DNA of 64,000 nucleotides from the human T2T-CHM13v2.0 reference genome, Homo sapiens (GCF_009914755.1 NC_060933.1); one strand, 5' to 3'. Positions 48,669 to 63,569 are shown, counted from the first letter of the stretch. A program made the numbers and translations. Notes: generated by a model from the sequence alone, not told the origin.

Positions 48669-49381
48669 TGATAGCTGCAGGAGGCAGACAAATGCCTAAT
48701 GCAGTTAGCGGTGAGTCCCCAGTGAAACACCACCTACAAGCTGAAGACAGTTTAAAGCCTAGCTACAAGTCCTGGATAAATCCACAGACTGGACTGAGAA
48801 CTTGTCTTCCCATTTGGCACGCTTTCCTATGATTGATCCCCACTGTTCCCCTATTTTACATATACCTACCCTTCCTTTTTTTTTTTTTTACATTGTTGTG
48901 CGCACCTTTGAGTGGTGCCTTTGTTTTAACTTTTTTTGCATACTCACAAACCAATCAGCATTCACTCCCCTATTCTGAACCCATAAAAGCCCCATACCCA
49001 GCCACATTGGGGAAGAAACCACGCAACTTCAGGTGGGGAACCACACCTGTATCACCTCTCTGCTGAGAGCTGCTCCACCACTCAATAAAATTCTTCTCCG
49101 CCCTCCTCACTGTTCAATTGTCAGAATATCCTCATTCTTCTCAGATGCAGGACAAGAACTTGGGAACCACTGGATGTGGGTACAGCTATAACACAGGTGG
49201 GCTTGGGCACTCCCAGCCCAGCCATGAGCTGAGCCAGTGCACAAGCTAGGTGCATCCCAGGTGGGCCAAGTGGGCGGGCCACCTCCAGTGGCAGGTAGTG
49301 TGCCTGAGTGAGGCCCAGGCAGAAGATGTCACAGGCTGGAGCTCCCTGGCTGGTAAAGTGACTGAGAAAAATCCTGTGTCA
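48669..49381 (+). mobile_element. Solo LTR9-family (HUERS-P3) ERV1 LTR
   Basis: TGATAGCTGCAGGAGGCAGACAAATGCCTA...CCAATCAGC..CCCATAAAAGCCCC..AATAAA...AAAATCCTGTGTCA; TSD CATC/CCTC. Confidence 0.85.
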
Positions 49382-50239
49382 CCTCTTTTAGAAGCATTTA
49401 TGAAGTTGTGCTCTGTATAGACCATATTGTGTCTATGGCTTCTAAAATTGAAGAAGTTACCATTCTTTAGGATTCTGATAGAAAAATAATTTTTAAAGCA
49501 GTTGATAGTTGGGAAAGTAGCACGATAAAGAGCTGATTTTTACTGATTAGATTTTGTGTAGAATATATATGAAGCATTGTTTAATCTCAAGGTTCCGAAT
49601 CTCTAGCTCATTGTTTAATGAAAAAATGTATGCATATATATGTGTACATGTTTTCCCTGCAGAAATAGTGAGCTGGAGATTTAAGAGCTGGCAAATAAGT
49701 TCCTCAAACTACTGGCAAGGACTATATTTAGAAAGTAGAAATTATCCTTCATGCTTTAGAACAGATGATGGGATTTAGGGTCAGTGTAATAATCTGTACA
49801 CCAAAACAAAGCCAACTTGAATGGTGTCCACCATTAAATGGAAGTATAACATAATGATATATAGGATAGACTCCAGGAACAGACTTTCTGGGTTTATAGG
49901 CTTGCTATGCCATGGTCTGATTATGTGATCTTGTGAAAGTTTTTCCTCAGTTTTCTTCTTAAAAAGGAGACCATAATAGTATCTTCTAGCACTGTATTTT
50001 AATGTATTAATTATATCAGGATATCCAGAATATTAGTGGTATTTCCTCCACATAAAAATTTTTAGTCTGACGTATATTTTTCTATAAAAGTGATTGAACA
50101 ATTTAAAATTATCTAAGTAATTTACTTATAGGAAATATTGTACTCTCTGATACTGTATAATTTGGGTATTATAATTCTTTCATAGAAAGAACCTTTAAAT
50201 TAGAAAGAAATGCAATACATATAATATATATATTTATGA

Positions 50240-50653
<414 letters not shown>

Positions 50654-51214
50654 TAAGCACTTATATAAGCTTACCAAGAACTACAAAAAGGAAAGAATCA
50701 GGATATGGCGAATCTTAGTATAAAGAAATATAAATGTATGTTATTTAATCATGCTGGACCTCGATATATTCATTGGCAGAATGGAATTTTGGAACTGTGT
50801 AATATCTAAGTTACTTTTCAATGAATCTCTGATTCAGTATCTTATTAGTTATGTGACCTTAGAATAATTATTTGAACCTCTTAAGTCTTAGTTTTCTTAG
50901 ATATATTCAAGAGATTAATAAAAGTAGTTAATTTTGTGATAAATAATATAATTTATTCATTTGACAAGTCATTGACTGAGCTCTTCCTATCTAGAAGTAC
51001 TGTTCTTTGTGCTCCTAGGCTACAGCAGTGTGCATAGTACATTTGATATTCTCATGGGCCGTGCTTCTAGGGAGAATTCCAAACAACAAACAAACAGGCA
51101 AAAGGATGTAACATCAAAGGGCAATCACTAATGTGAAAAAATAAAGTAAGCAAAAATTATAAAGTGATGGACCAAATATAAGAATATGATGGAAGCTTTT
51201 TAAGATTGGTTAAT

Positions 51215-51545
51215 TAACACTATCTGCTGGTGTAAGAAATACCCCAAAGTCTTGTCACTGTTTAAATGTACATCTTATTTATTTCTTAGTCTGATTTGGG
51301 TCAGTCTTTTCTCACAGCCAGTTCTGTGACTTGGACATTCCGATTCCTATCATATTGAGGCATTATTCTGCCTTGGTTTTGTAGTCAGAGAAGAAATGAG
51401 GGAAAACATTTTCTGGCTGGGCTGGTAGTTGACTTGCATTTCTTATGTCCACAATGTATTTGTCAGAAGATACTCACATAGCCCCAACTTAATTATAAAA
51501 GAGATTGTGAAATATATCCTTCCTTTATACCCATGACAAAGAAAG
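51215..51545 (-). mobile_element. Old MLT1 (J/K/L-like) LTR relic
   Basis: TTTCTTATGTCCACAATGTATTTGTCAGAAGATACTCACATAGCCCCAACTTAATTATAAAAGAGATTGTGAAATATA. Confidence 0.5.
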
Positions 51546-52829
51546 GGAACCCTGATTTGATGGCTACTCAGGGATGGAGTCTCAGTCTACCCTAATGGAG
51601 TACATGGCACAGGCTTTTCACCAAAGGCATTGTGATAGAAACACTATGTTTCCAGTTTTGCTGTCACTGTAAGAATTTGGCCTCTTAATAAGGGAATATG
51701 ACTTTATATATTTTTGAGGAAAAATGTAGAGTCAATGCTGACAAAATAAGCCAATAATTTGTTAGCTATCCTTACCACTGTGGTTTGACTCTTATAATTG
51801 AGACTTCATACTCAATAAACGAATTGTCTTTCATTGTTCTACGTATTAAAGTAAATTAACTAGTTTTGCAGTGATTCATATTTCTTGATCCCCAAGCCAT
51901 GTTTCCTTTCCTTGTATTCTAAAATGATGTGCAGATCTATAATTAATCACCTATTCTTTAATTTCATTGGTTACATTATATTTTAATCAGATGTATACTT
52001 AAAAAATATTATTTAAATCAACAATTTTATATTGTACTAATATCAGCACAAAAATTTACAATCCATAGAGTTAACATCAAATTCCATCTTAAAATAAGGA
52101 AAATAATTTCTCAGAATTTAAGAATACATATATATGTGGGCAGGTATGCATAGGCACACCCTTCACCATACACACACTACGTAAGTTTAAGTGTACTTAA
52201 GTTCAAGACTGTTTCTATAATTTTCTTCTCAATGAAATTACTCAACCAGAAAATATCCATTGGCTTTAAAGAAAGACATTTTGTAAGTAGAAGTCTATTG
52301 CCTGAAGTAATTCCCTACAGGGCTACTACCATCTGGCGAAGAAATATGCACATCAAAGTAAAGAGAAAATAGCACCTCCTAAAAGTAATTTTCTCTGAGG
52401 GTCTGCATCCTTCCTGGTGTCCTGCCAACAGCAATCTTTAAACTCTTAGCTTTTACGCAGTGAGAAGCTCTCAGCACCATTCCTAGATTAGGGAAGCTCT
52501 GATTTCTGGAGATAGCTCTGAATAAAATAAATAATAATATTCAGGGGAACAAAAATAGGAACAAAGATTCTAAATTTACCTTATAGCTGACATGTCACTG
52601 GGCTATTTATTTCCCTACATTAATCACAGATTTTTTTCTGAAATGAAATCACAAATTTCTTCTGAAAATGACTACTCTGGGATATTGAGGCAAATCTACA
52701 TATTTACCAAGTAAGGAATTCATGCTGATGGTGCTAAGATAATGTGGAATGTGAATTAATCTATGCATAGAAGTGAAGTAAATGATAATGGTAAATAATA
52801 ATAAAAAATAGTAATGAAAACTATACTAG

Positions 52830-53080
52830 CAACTCTCATTTTATATTTGTCGTATGCCAGAAACTATGCAAAACTGTGAGAAGAAACTATGCAAAACTCA
52901 TGAGAGCAAACTATGCTCTCATGAGTTATATTTAAATGAGATGACAATTCTGAAGTAAGTCTTATAATGATCTCCATTTTAGAGCTATGAAAATTAAGAA
53001 TGAGTTGTACATTTTTCCAAAGTTACAGAACAGCAGATATTTGATGTTGCAACATTTGCTCTTCACCACTAGGCTAACCT
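52830..53080 (-). mobile_element. MIR containing a local templated rearrangement
   Basis: TATGCCAGAAACTATGCAAA...TCTCCATTTTAGAGCTATGAAAATTAAG..CCAAAGTTACAGAAC. Confidence 0.55.
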
Positions 53081-54653
53081 TCTTTCTTCAAATAGATTTA
53101 TGATGCATTGAAACATCATCTCCCTCTACTTTGTATTTTTCTCCTCACTGTGTATCCTTTTTTCCCTTTATTTTATCATATATATAATCACAAGATCATT
53201 CAGCTAAACCTTTACTATTGTTAATAAGTCTTCTTTGCATAAAATCAAGTTTTATTTCTCCCTAGGGACTATCAAAGGAAATTCAGCCACCCTAGGCATA
53301 ATGTCCAAGTCTTCCACATATTAGTTTCAATCTGATACCTAAAACTCAAGCAGTATCATAGTTTGTTCTAATAGCAAGGGTTTTGTGTAAGATTCTCTTA
53401 AGCGTAACTCATACCTATACTATATACTGCAAGTTGCTTGAGCCTTCATAGTATCTATTTCTTTACTATCAAACTTTGTTTCAAATTTTACCCTTTAACT
53501 TTATGAGGAGTAAATGAGATGTAATATATATATACAGCAATAAATATTTATTAAAAAGTTTTTCTAGGTATCTACGTGCCTATCTTTATCCTATCCTCTA
53601 ATTTTTCACATCTATATTTTGTCTTTTCTGCCTTCACACTTTGCTTCACCTCTTACTAATAAATAGACCTTTAATATATAATATAATATAAATATAATAT
53701 AATATTGAATTATATTTTATCTAATATATATATTACACTACATAAAACAATACAGTAGTAGTTGTCAACCCTTTCTCTACTCCAATTCCAAAACCTAGTT
53801 TATCTTTTTGCAGTACTTTACCTTTTCAGTAAGTTGTTCAAGGAAATTAGCATATTGCTAGGTAAAAGCTTTGCGTGTCATTAATAGATGTTTAATTTTT
53901 AATGATACTTAAATCTATCTGAAATTACTATTGTGTTCTTAAAGCTATATTAAAGGCACAAGGTAAGGTAAGACAGAATTAGACAACATAATCCCTGTCA
54001 CTGCGTCATTTTTCTAAAGCCTGGAACATTCAATTAACATGATGGCACACAAATAGATTCTTCAAAAGCTTAACTGTAGACTATTTTGATGAGCAAACAC
54101 AGAGGAAATCAGATTAACTGGAAGGAAACTTAACAGCCCTCATTTCCACTGCACTAAGCAAAATTATCCAAAATTCTTTCAAATATATTCCCTCAAAGAT
54201 AACACTTAAAAAAAGAAAACCCTTTTAATGTAGTTGCTGCACATAAGGTCACACTCTTGACTCCTATTTGCCTACTTTGATATGTTGTTTTTTTAACCTC
54301 AGCCAGCACTTCTGAGCTATAGATACTGGCTAGTGAGCAGCCTGATCTTATGTATCAGCAAGAAAATATTCAGGTACACTTTACTAATGATGACTATGTA
54401 AAGGGTAAAAATATAATAGTGTGAGTCTTACATTCCAGATTCAGTTTGTCACACAAAACTGTAAATATATATATTTGCAAATAGCACACATTTTTATGAA
54501 AGGTACTGATGGAGAACAAGCATAAAACACATGGTACTTAGAATTTCTTCTCTGGCTCTAGGACTAAACTAAAGCATAAAATGGTATAAAATGAAATAGA
54601 AAAGTAATAAAAATCAAAGACCTACTATTCAACATAGGCCTGAGGCATTTCTT

Positions 54654-54724
54654 TTTATTATTATTATTATTATTATACTTTTAAATTTTAGGGTACATGT
54701 GCACATTGTGCAGGTTAGTTACCA
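54654..54724 (-). mobile_element. Extremely 5'-truncated young L1 (L1HS/L1PA2-3 type) 3' end with (TTA)n tail
   Basis: TTTTAGGGTACATGTGCACATTGTGCAGGTTAGTTAC; perfect 11-bp TSD AGGCATTTCTT at 54643-54653 and 54725-54735. Confidence 0.92.
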
Positions 54725-56842
54725 AGGCATTTCTTGATGCACTCCTCTGTAGTTTAGAGTTTTCAAAATTGTCTGTTTGTCCTAAAATCTGCTCTCTCTA
54801 AAACTGAATATTCTTCTAATCACTTATATCCATTAAATAAAAATCATGATAGAACTATATAGAATTTGTTCATTTTTTGAATATTTTCTAAATTAAAAAA
54901 AAAACCCTACTTTCAGAAGTGCATTTTTTAATAGCCTTAATTTGTTCTGGTTTTATGAAGTTTTAAATGAGAATTTGTGTTTATTTTATATAGATTTAAA
55001 AGATATAGTCTCAGCTATCATTTCTTTTCCATGGTTTTCAACTACTTGGCTCAAAATATTGGATATCATATTGATCTTAGCATTTTAACTTGTTTGGCTA
55101 ATTTGCATGTAATTTAAATTAATATCATCTGAATTTAAACTAAGTTTCTCTATGTAGAGAATTTGGGAGGGATAAATTTTCCATTATACATTTCTTTATT
55201 TATATGTCTTTTATAAATAAATAATATATTATTCACTAAAGCATAAATTAAATTGTATCTAAAATGAGTGATAGAAAGCTATTAAGCCTGAAAGATATCA
55301 GCAAGGCAGTATAATATAGTAGAAGAGCCATGATACTTGGAGCCACAATAAAAGCAAGATCCATGGGAACCATGATGTATATTAATATTGTAATTTTGCC
55401 CCAACTATTTGACTTCTTGATTTCATTTCACTCATGTGGAAAGCACACCAACAAACAGCTACTTCCCTCTGAAGACTGAGGCTCTAATGAGTGTATGAAT
55501 GTGAAGACAATACTTTGTAGCCACAAATTATTGTTTCCTAGTTATAAAAATCAAAATTTTCTCATTTTAGTGCTTAACAATTGACATTTTTAGGTCTTTC
55601 AGCTTCATTTTGTAGGCCAAAGTAAGGGTGTTAATGCTAGTTTTATGCATTTGACATGTATAAAAGGCTAATAATATCCAAACTTTGTTTTTCTTATCCC
55701 CTTGTGGATCCTCCCACTCACTTCTGCTCACACTCCATACCCACGTATTTTGCTCATAGCAAACAATGAAGTATCCATGTAATTTCCGTGATTCTTAGAA
55801 AAAATATCTTGTCACAAATGCTATAGATTCTTTATGTGTATTTTAGGGTAGTTACATGATTTTCATATTAAACTGTAGAAGAATGCAAATGTTTTTGAAA
55901 TTTTCAAAAAACTTGAATAAACATAGACTATGAACATGATGGTAATGTTCATGGTCTATAAAGTAGCAAACTCCTTTGACTCTACGTGTAACAATATTTA
56001 AGCTCATTACGTGAGGGTCACTCTAAGATTCATTTTAAATGGAAGGCTGTTGAGCAGTTGCAATATGTCTATAAGTCTAACTATAAAATTTTCATTTCAG
56101 TTTCTTGACCACTCTCATTTATCTTCCATGTGTTCTACGTATCTGCATTATCCTTGAGTTTTTCACTTCATAAAACTCTTAATGTTTTCTGAAACATAAA
56201 TCTAAATTAAATGTAACAAAATATATCCCATTTACTAATTTTCATAAATAGATATCATATCTACTTCTGTGCTATAAAAAGATTCAGAGAGGGTAAGGCA
56301 GTTATTATAATATATTCACTTATTTTCTCATTACCATAGACTTTGATTTTATGTAGTTAATATGAAAAGTGTGATGTAGTAAGATTATATTGTATAGGAT
56401 TCATTTTATATAAGTAGAAAATATGTGTGGGTGAAGGATTAAAATTTAAAATGTGATTTAGGTTTCTTCTCTTGTTAGTAATTTAGAATTACAGTTTTAT
56501 AACATATTACATTCCAAGTGAGACATTGTGTTTAATGCAGATAAAGTTTGTAAGAGCTCTACCTTGTTTTCTAAAGTAGGTTCATGCCATCAAAAGAAAG
56601 CAAAGTGGGCAGAGAGAGAAATTACTAAACTGAAATTGTACTTTGCAAATGTCAATGAAATTAAGTAGCAAAGATACATGACCACATTACAGTTTGTCAA
56701 TGAATATAGCAGACAAACTTTAGAGATAAAATATTTATATAATTAATGTTCATAAACAACAAAAGCATCACACAAATAATTCAATATATTATTTTTTTAA
56801 TGATGACTTAAAGTAAGGCAAATTAACCAATGCCAAAGCATC

Positions 56843-57044
56843 TTTTAATTAAAATATTCTATATAATATATATTTATATTATAAACAATATAATTAAAAT
56901 ATTCTTTTAATATATAATATAATTCTATATTATTTTATATATATTATATATAAAAGATATATAATATATATCTTTTAATATATTATATAATTATAATGTA
57001 AATAGATAATATAATTAAAATATTCTTTTAATATAAAATATTCC
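56843..57044. repeat. AT-rich low-complexity tract with direct and inverted repeats
   Basis: Almost pure A/T; AATATAATTAAAATATTCTTTTAATATA occurs twice; hairpin AAAAGATATATA-A-TATATATCTTTT. Confidence 0.85.
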
Positions 57045-58278
57045 ATAAGAATCCAGGCAGAAGATTCAAATTATATGAATCAAAAAAAGAAAATAAATGA
57101 GTTCAGGACAGACCTCTCCTGATCAACTTTTGAGGCAAAACCACCAAAGGATCATGGATTCTGAAGGTAGATGGTAAAAAACTATAGTTCAAGTCTTTTT
57201 TATGCCTTAACAATATTGTTGATGAGCACAAGACAAAAAATTTGCAAATGTGTTTAGTTTGGTTAACAAACACTTCAATAAGAAAACTCAATCCTGACTT
57301 TATTGTATCTAAAAGATTACAATGAAGCAGAGTGAACTATAACATTAAGAAGTGAAACAATAGGTAAAAGTATAACAAAAAATATATAGAAGAAGGAAGG
57401 AAATGGATAAAATTGGTGATAGCATACAAAGTCAAATACAGGGAAAGCAGCACTCAATAACATCACAAATATCAACTATATAAAAACAATAATAGTTGTT
57501 AATGAGGGAAGGAAAATTCATAATAGTATTCTAATATATAAAAATTAGGGAAATATGAATATAAACTGGCAGATATAGAACAGTAGTGTAAGAGATTAGC
57601 ACGTTGATGCTAGGCTAATAAAAATGACAAAATATTTAAAGATATAGACTATCATCTATTTATACACCAGAATCTGTGCTATAAAAACAAAAATATTTTG
57701 CCTGTTTTTATTGGCAAAACAATTGTAAGAAGACATTAATTATTGGCAAAACAATTGCAAGAGGACATTTTCTTTTGCCATGAAAGAAAGACCTTTCAAA
57801 AGAAGGCCTATGGTTCAGAAACTACTGTCCAGTAAGCCATGCTGTTATTGTAAGACATATTTTGAGGCTGTTAACACATTACTAACCTAGATAATTCTTA
57901 TTAGGAAGGACTAGAAGTCTGAGCTGGGTGGGCTATAGAAATTGCAGAGTGAGAATGTCTTTATAGACAGCTGTCATATAGTAAAGTGGAGGGATCTTTG
58001 AAGAAGACTGAAGATGTTTTCCTTCTACTTTAATTCCAATGAGGTTGATACCAAGAGAATTTGGTACACGTCTTTGGCATTTAAGGAATGCAAGGATTAC
58101 TATTTGTTTACTCCTAAGAATCCAAGTGTAAGAAACTAGCTGACAGGACCAGAAAAGGGATTACCTTGAGAACTGCCTGCACATTTCAGGTTTGCTCAAG
58201 CAGACACTTGTATGACTTCTATGAACCGGTTCACAACACTGAAGAAAGAACCTGGACTTGAGTTATTTAAAAAAAAAC

Positions 58279-58555
58279 TAAGGTAGAAGACTGGCAGGAC
58301 CTGTTTTCTTTCACAATCCTGCTAACCAAAACAGAATCTGGTCCAGACAGAATAAAATGAAAAAACTGGAAGGAACCAGCAAATGGCCCAGAAAGCAGTC
58401 CCTAGCTGCCCTCATTGCTTATTGGCATAAGACACTCCCACCAGTGCCATGGCAGTTTACAAGGGCCATGGCAAAGACCTGAAAGTTACCTCTTTTCCAT
58501 GGCAATGACGTTAACATTACCATCCCTTTCCTAGAAACTCTAATTACCTTTGCAC
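58279..58555 (+). mobile_element. 3'-truncated MER66C/MER41-group LTR (U3 part only)
   Basis: TAAGGTAGAAGACTGGCAGGACCTGTTTTC...CATAAGACACTCCCACCAGTGCCATGGCAGTTTAC..GCCATGGCAA..CCCTTTCCTAGAAA; shares core blocks with the provirus LTRs. Confidence 0.8.
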
Positions 58556-60422
58556 CAACCTAATAAATCAAACTGCATTTTATATATTAATATGAGATGG
58601 ATGGACATCTTTCTAAAGCTCAGTCTTAATAACCAAATATCCCTTTGTTAAAGTTTGTATTCAATTAGTTTTAACCCACCTTAGAAGTGGAAAGATTAAA
58701 TTCAGTTACCCAAATGCATTTACTTAAAAATATTCAATATAAAAAGGCATAAAAAGCTGAAAAAAATGTGTTTCTAAACAAACAAACAAAAAAATTCAAT
58801 ACCAACCCCACAGATCTAAATAATTACTCTTGAGATTCAAATAAGTGTCCTGGAAGATCAAGTGCAAAGCATCTAAACCTTAAGACAAAAATTAAATGAT
58901 TGAGAAACAAAGAATAATTATTCAATTTTTCCTGTGAATAAATTTGAGATTTGTTACTTTTTTATTTTTTCAATTCATAGGTTCTGTTCTTTTTCTAGCA
59001 TGTAATCAGATATATGACTTTTTTATTGTAAGCAATATTTCAACTGTTTCCCGCAATAAGATGCATTATTCTGCTTCTATTACCTTCCAATTTATCTACT
59101 ATTTCTTCTCTTCTATTTTTTTCAAAGGTTAAAACATTTAGAACATAGTTGCTTTTTCTTTCCCTTCCTGAACTTATATTTTCCTACCGCCAGTGAATCT
59201 GTGTCATTGAAAAAAAAAACAAATCACTTTTTGTATGTTCAAGAAAATCAAATTCAATGCAGGAAAATACATAAAAGGAAAAGGATAAGATAGAAATAGA
59301 GTGGTTTGAATCAGGACGCTATGCATGTTGCTGTCTTGTGGAACTGACTTAAGTGATTTTATCTTTGAATGATGAATCTAGCTGTTGTTACCTCTGAAAG
59401 TGTTCTCCTAATAGTCACACCTCCCCCACATTGCTGGAAAACATAAATAGACAAAGCTGTCCAAGCAAATCCTATTGCACAAAGTTGAGTAAATGAATCT
59501 ATATGATGGAAACTTATTTGCACCCTTAAATATTGCAAAGGAGGATAACGTGGTTTTGTTTTGTTTTGTTTTACCTCTGCAGCCTCTTCTGTAAATAAAA
59601 ATTTATTAGAAGGAAGTAGAAGTGGGTATCAAATATCAATTGTTTATATGCAACACAGTATAGGCTTTGTCTCCTCAACAGTTATAATACTTATCTACCC
59701 ATCCCTAAATTTTAACACTAAAATAATAGCAACAAACACAACATAATGCATCCTTTGCCCAAAAAATAAAGCACTGCTCAATCTCTCCCCAAATTGGATG
59801 ACTAAAGTCATATCAGTTTTTGTAGCTCTGTCTGCATAAGATGTATTCTTTTTCTGGTTCATTACAGTCCCCCAAAATATTCTATAACCTATGGGATAAA
59901 TTATATAATTAACCACCAATAATAACCTTTATATTAAAAAGTTGGTACAAGAAATAGGAAAAAAATCACTAGTTTATATGCAAAATATATGCAGACCCAG
60001 CAAGGTAAAAAATATTTGAAGCTATAGCCTACTTTACTTTTGCAATTTGTGATGATCTTATTATGTAACAGTGTTCATTTACTGTTTATTTCATATTGTC
60101 TCAATTTTGAAACATTTCTTTCAGTCAGGGATTTTTACCTGGTGGGGTAACTCAAATGTTTATACTTGAAACATCTGAGTCGCAATGGTCCTGCCTGGAT
60201 GAATTACTACAGTTATTTATTAATTTTTATCCGTGGACATGGTACCCAGAATCATTCAGAAAAATTTCCTAGATTCCATGTATATTCCTAATGTCCCAAT
60301 CTCACTTCGCTCGATAGCACAACAACCTCATTTTTTGTCCTGTTTGTCTAATGGCATAAGAAGGCTAGATTTTTCCAGGTAGGGAGCAGCCTAAATATTG
60401 AATTACTAGAACCATTGTTGTG

Positions 60423-60866
60423 TGTCTTCATCCTTTCATGTTGCTGTAAAGCAACACCTGAGGCTAGATAATTTAAAAGAAAGGGGGTTTATCTGACTCA
60501 TTATTCTTCAGGCTACACAAAAAACTTGGCGCCAGCATCTGCTTTTGGTGAGTGTCTCAAGCTGCTTGCACTCATGGTGAAAGGTAAAAGGCAAAATGGA
60601 GCTGTCATGCAGAGATCACACAGTGAGAGAGTGAGCAAGCGAAAGAAAGAGGGAGAGGAGAAGGTGTTGGGTTCTTTTCAATAATCAGCTTTTATGGGAA
60701 TTAATAGATCACAAACTCACTCATTTCTGTCAGGACAGTACCAAGGCATTCATCAAGGATTCATTCCCATGACCCAAACACCTCCCACTAGGCCACACTT
60801 CCAACAATGGAAATCAAATTTCAACTTGAGATTTGATATTTGGAGACAAATATTCAAACTTTATCA
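60423..60866 (-). mobile_element. Solo MSTB-like MaLR LTR
   Basis: GGCGCCAGCATCTGCTTTTGGTGAG...CCCATGACCCAAACACCTCCCACTAGGCC..CAAACTTTATCA; TSD TTGTG/GTGTG. Confidence 0.88.
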
Positions 60867-61851
60867 GTGTGTCTTATAAATAATGCCATCTATAATTTGC
60901 TAGTTTAGAACATATACTACAACATTTGAAAGAGTACTCAAACTTATGCGATATAGGTTTCTGGCTGGTATTTTACTTTTTTTTCTAAAATAGTATACCA
61001 ATATTTTAGAAGGTCATCTACTTCTCAATAAATCAACTGCATCAAAAATAAAGGAGAGGAAAAAATCATGTTATATCAGTAAATGCTGAAAAGGCAGTTG
61101 ATAAAATTCAACAGAGCTGCCTGTTAAAAAGCTGTGAAGTATCATTGGACTAGAAGGCAATTAGATAAATATAATAAAGGCTATCTATCAATATCTAGTA
61201 GGAAATATTATATAAAATGGTGACAATGAATAATTTTGTTTTCAATCATTATCTAGACAAGGATGTCTATTATCGACATTGTTTAACATTTCCTTGGAAG
61301 ATTTGACAAATGCATAAGAAATGAAAATGAAGTGACATGTATACATTTTAGAAGAGATAAAATTACCTTGTTTTTCTGAAAGAAAAGATGAAAACCTGAA
61401 ATATTGCTAAGACTCTATTAAAGAAAGAAGAAAAAAAGCAAGGAAGATAGGAAGGAAAAAGGGAGGTAGGGAGAAAGGAAGAAAGGGAAAGACTGAATTT
61501 CTTAGCAAAGTTTTAGGGTTGCTTGAGTGAAGAAAATTTGTCATTTTAGCCCAACTAAGAGTAAAATGAATAAAAATATTCCATTGGTAACTGTGAAATT
61601 AAAACAATAAATACTTGAAAATACTTAAGAAATAATATCCAGAAAAGGCACAATATCTATCTGAAACAAAATAATAAAGCCATTAGCAGACATAAAACAC
61701 CACCTAAACAAATGTAAAATTATATATAGCAAGTACTTGGATATCATTATAAAATTAACAATTCTGTCAAAATTAATATAGGCATTTAATGTAATGTTAA
61801 TGAATTCCTAAAAGACATATTCACAGAATTAACTAAAATAATCTTCAAAAT

Positions 61852-62355
61852 TGTTTTGGTTAGTATTCACTTGAACGAATATCCTAAATAAAGGTTTGAA
61901 GGCAAATGGTTTATTTAGATGATCTCAGAAGCTAACAGTGAAGGAATAGGGCAAATGAGAGCAGTAAACAGCACCCGTAAGAGATGCATGATCATGATTT
62001 CTGTTTATAGACACTAGACGCTCAATTCACTGGGCTACCTGAGAAGTGCAAAGAATGTCTCCCAGGAACTGTCCATCAGGTTCTGGAGGGCCACCAGCTT
62101 TCTTCCAGTGTTCTTTGAGCGTAGCTCCAGGGTATATTCATTAACAGCTGCACTTCTACTCAGGCCAAACAGATACCAGTCTTGAAAACATCCTGAAGCT
62201 GAAAGTGAAAAGATGCTAGATGAGACATTGACTTTGTCCAGGAAGCTGACAGTGACAGAAAGTCTGAGTTCTAAAGGAAGCATCCAATGCAGATGCTGCT
62301 TAAATTAGAGCTGGACTAAGGGAAATAATTGAGCGTAGCAGAAGTATCTGCAACA
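61852..62355 (-). mobile_element. Old ERVL LTR (LTR16/LTR40-like)
   Basis: TG..AAGGTTTGAAGGCAAATGGTTTATTT..GATGATCTCAGAAGC..AGTATCTGCAACA; GC-richer insert within the L1. Confidence 0.55.
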
Positions 62356-63187
62356 GTAATCAAATGAGAATCAATGATAATACCCTAAAAAATTTTAGTG
62401 GAGCATTTATTCACAAATATATTAAAATATAGGAAGCAGACACTATAATCAAAATAATTTAGTAGTGGTATAGAAATACATAAAAACTAATGGAACAGAA
62501 TGGAAAAAACATAATTAAATCCCTAAATATGACATGTTAATATATGAATATAAAAACATTGATGCAGTGGAAAATGGTGTACACTACTATAAATATTACT
62601 AGATACAACATATTCAGCATGAAAGGAACATAGGTATCCCCAGCTTCATCATATTCAAAATTAAAATCTAGACAGGTGACATAGTTAAATAATTTGAAAA
62701 AGAAATAAAGTTCCTGCAAGTAAATCTAGAAAACTAAATATTAATTATTTGAGTATAGAAAAGTCTTCTCTAACCAAGAATAAAATTGTAAAGCTATTGA
62801 AAAAAATAATGTCTATAGGAAAAGACAGCATAAATTCTATCAATGAACAATTAATAGAAACAAAAAGTATCACAATAGAAGGACAAAAATTAATTTCTAT
62901 GCTGTCCAAATTACTTCTTAGAGATTAACAAGAAAAAATAATGTAATAAAAAATGGCACAACGTTTTGAAACCCCCTTCCCACCACTGGAGGACACTAGG
63001 CAAATACGTGAGCTAATTCTGCATGTGAATCTACATTTAACTCAAAATAAAATATTTACTTAAAAATGTCACATATGAATTGATGTTCTAAAAAGGAAAA
63101 TTTTCAAAAGGCCAATGAAAAATGAAGAGATGCTCAAATTCAAGAGTAATCATATAGATGTAAATTATAAGTGCATTGAAATATCTC

Positions 63188-63569
<382 letters not shown>

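Noticed and set aside
57770-58260. Moderately GC-rich stretch upstream of the MER66C fragment
   Set aside because: Could be an ancient LTR, but I cannot identify termini, a TSD or a family
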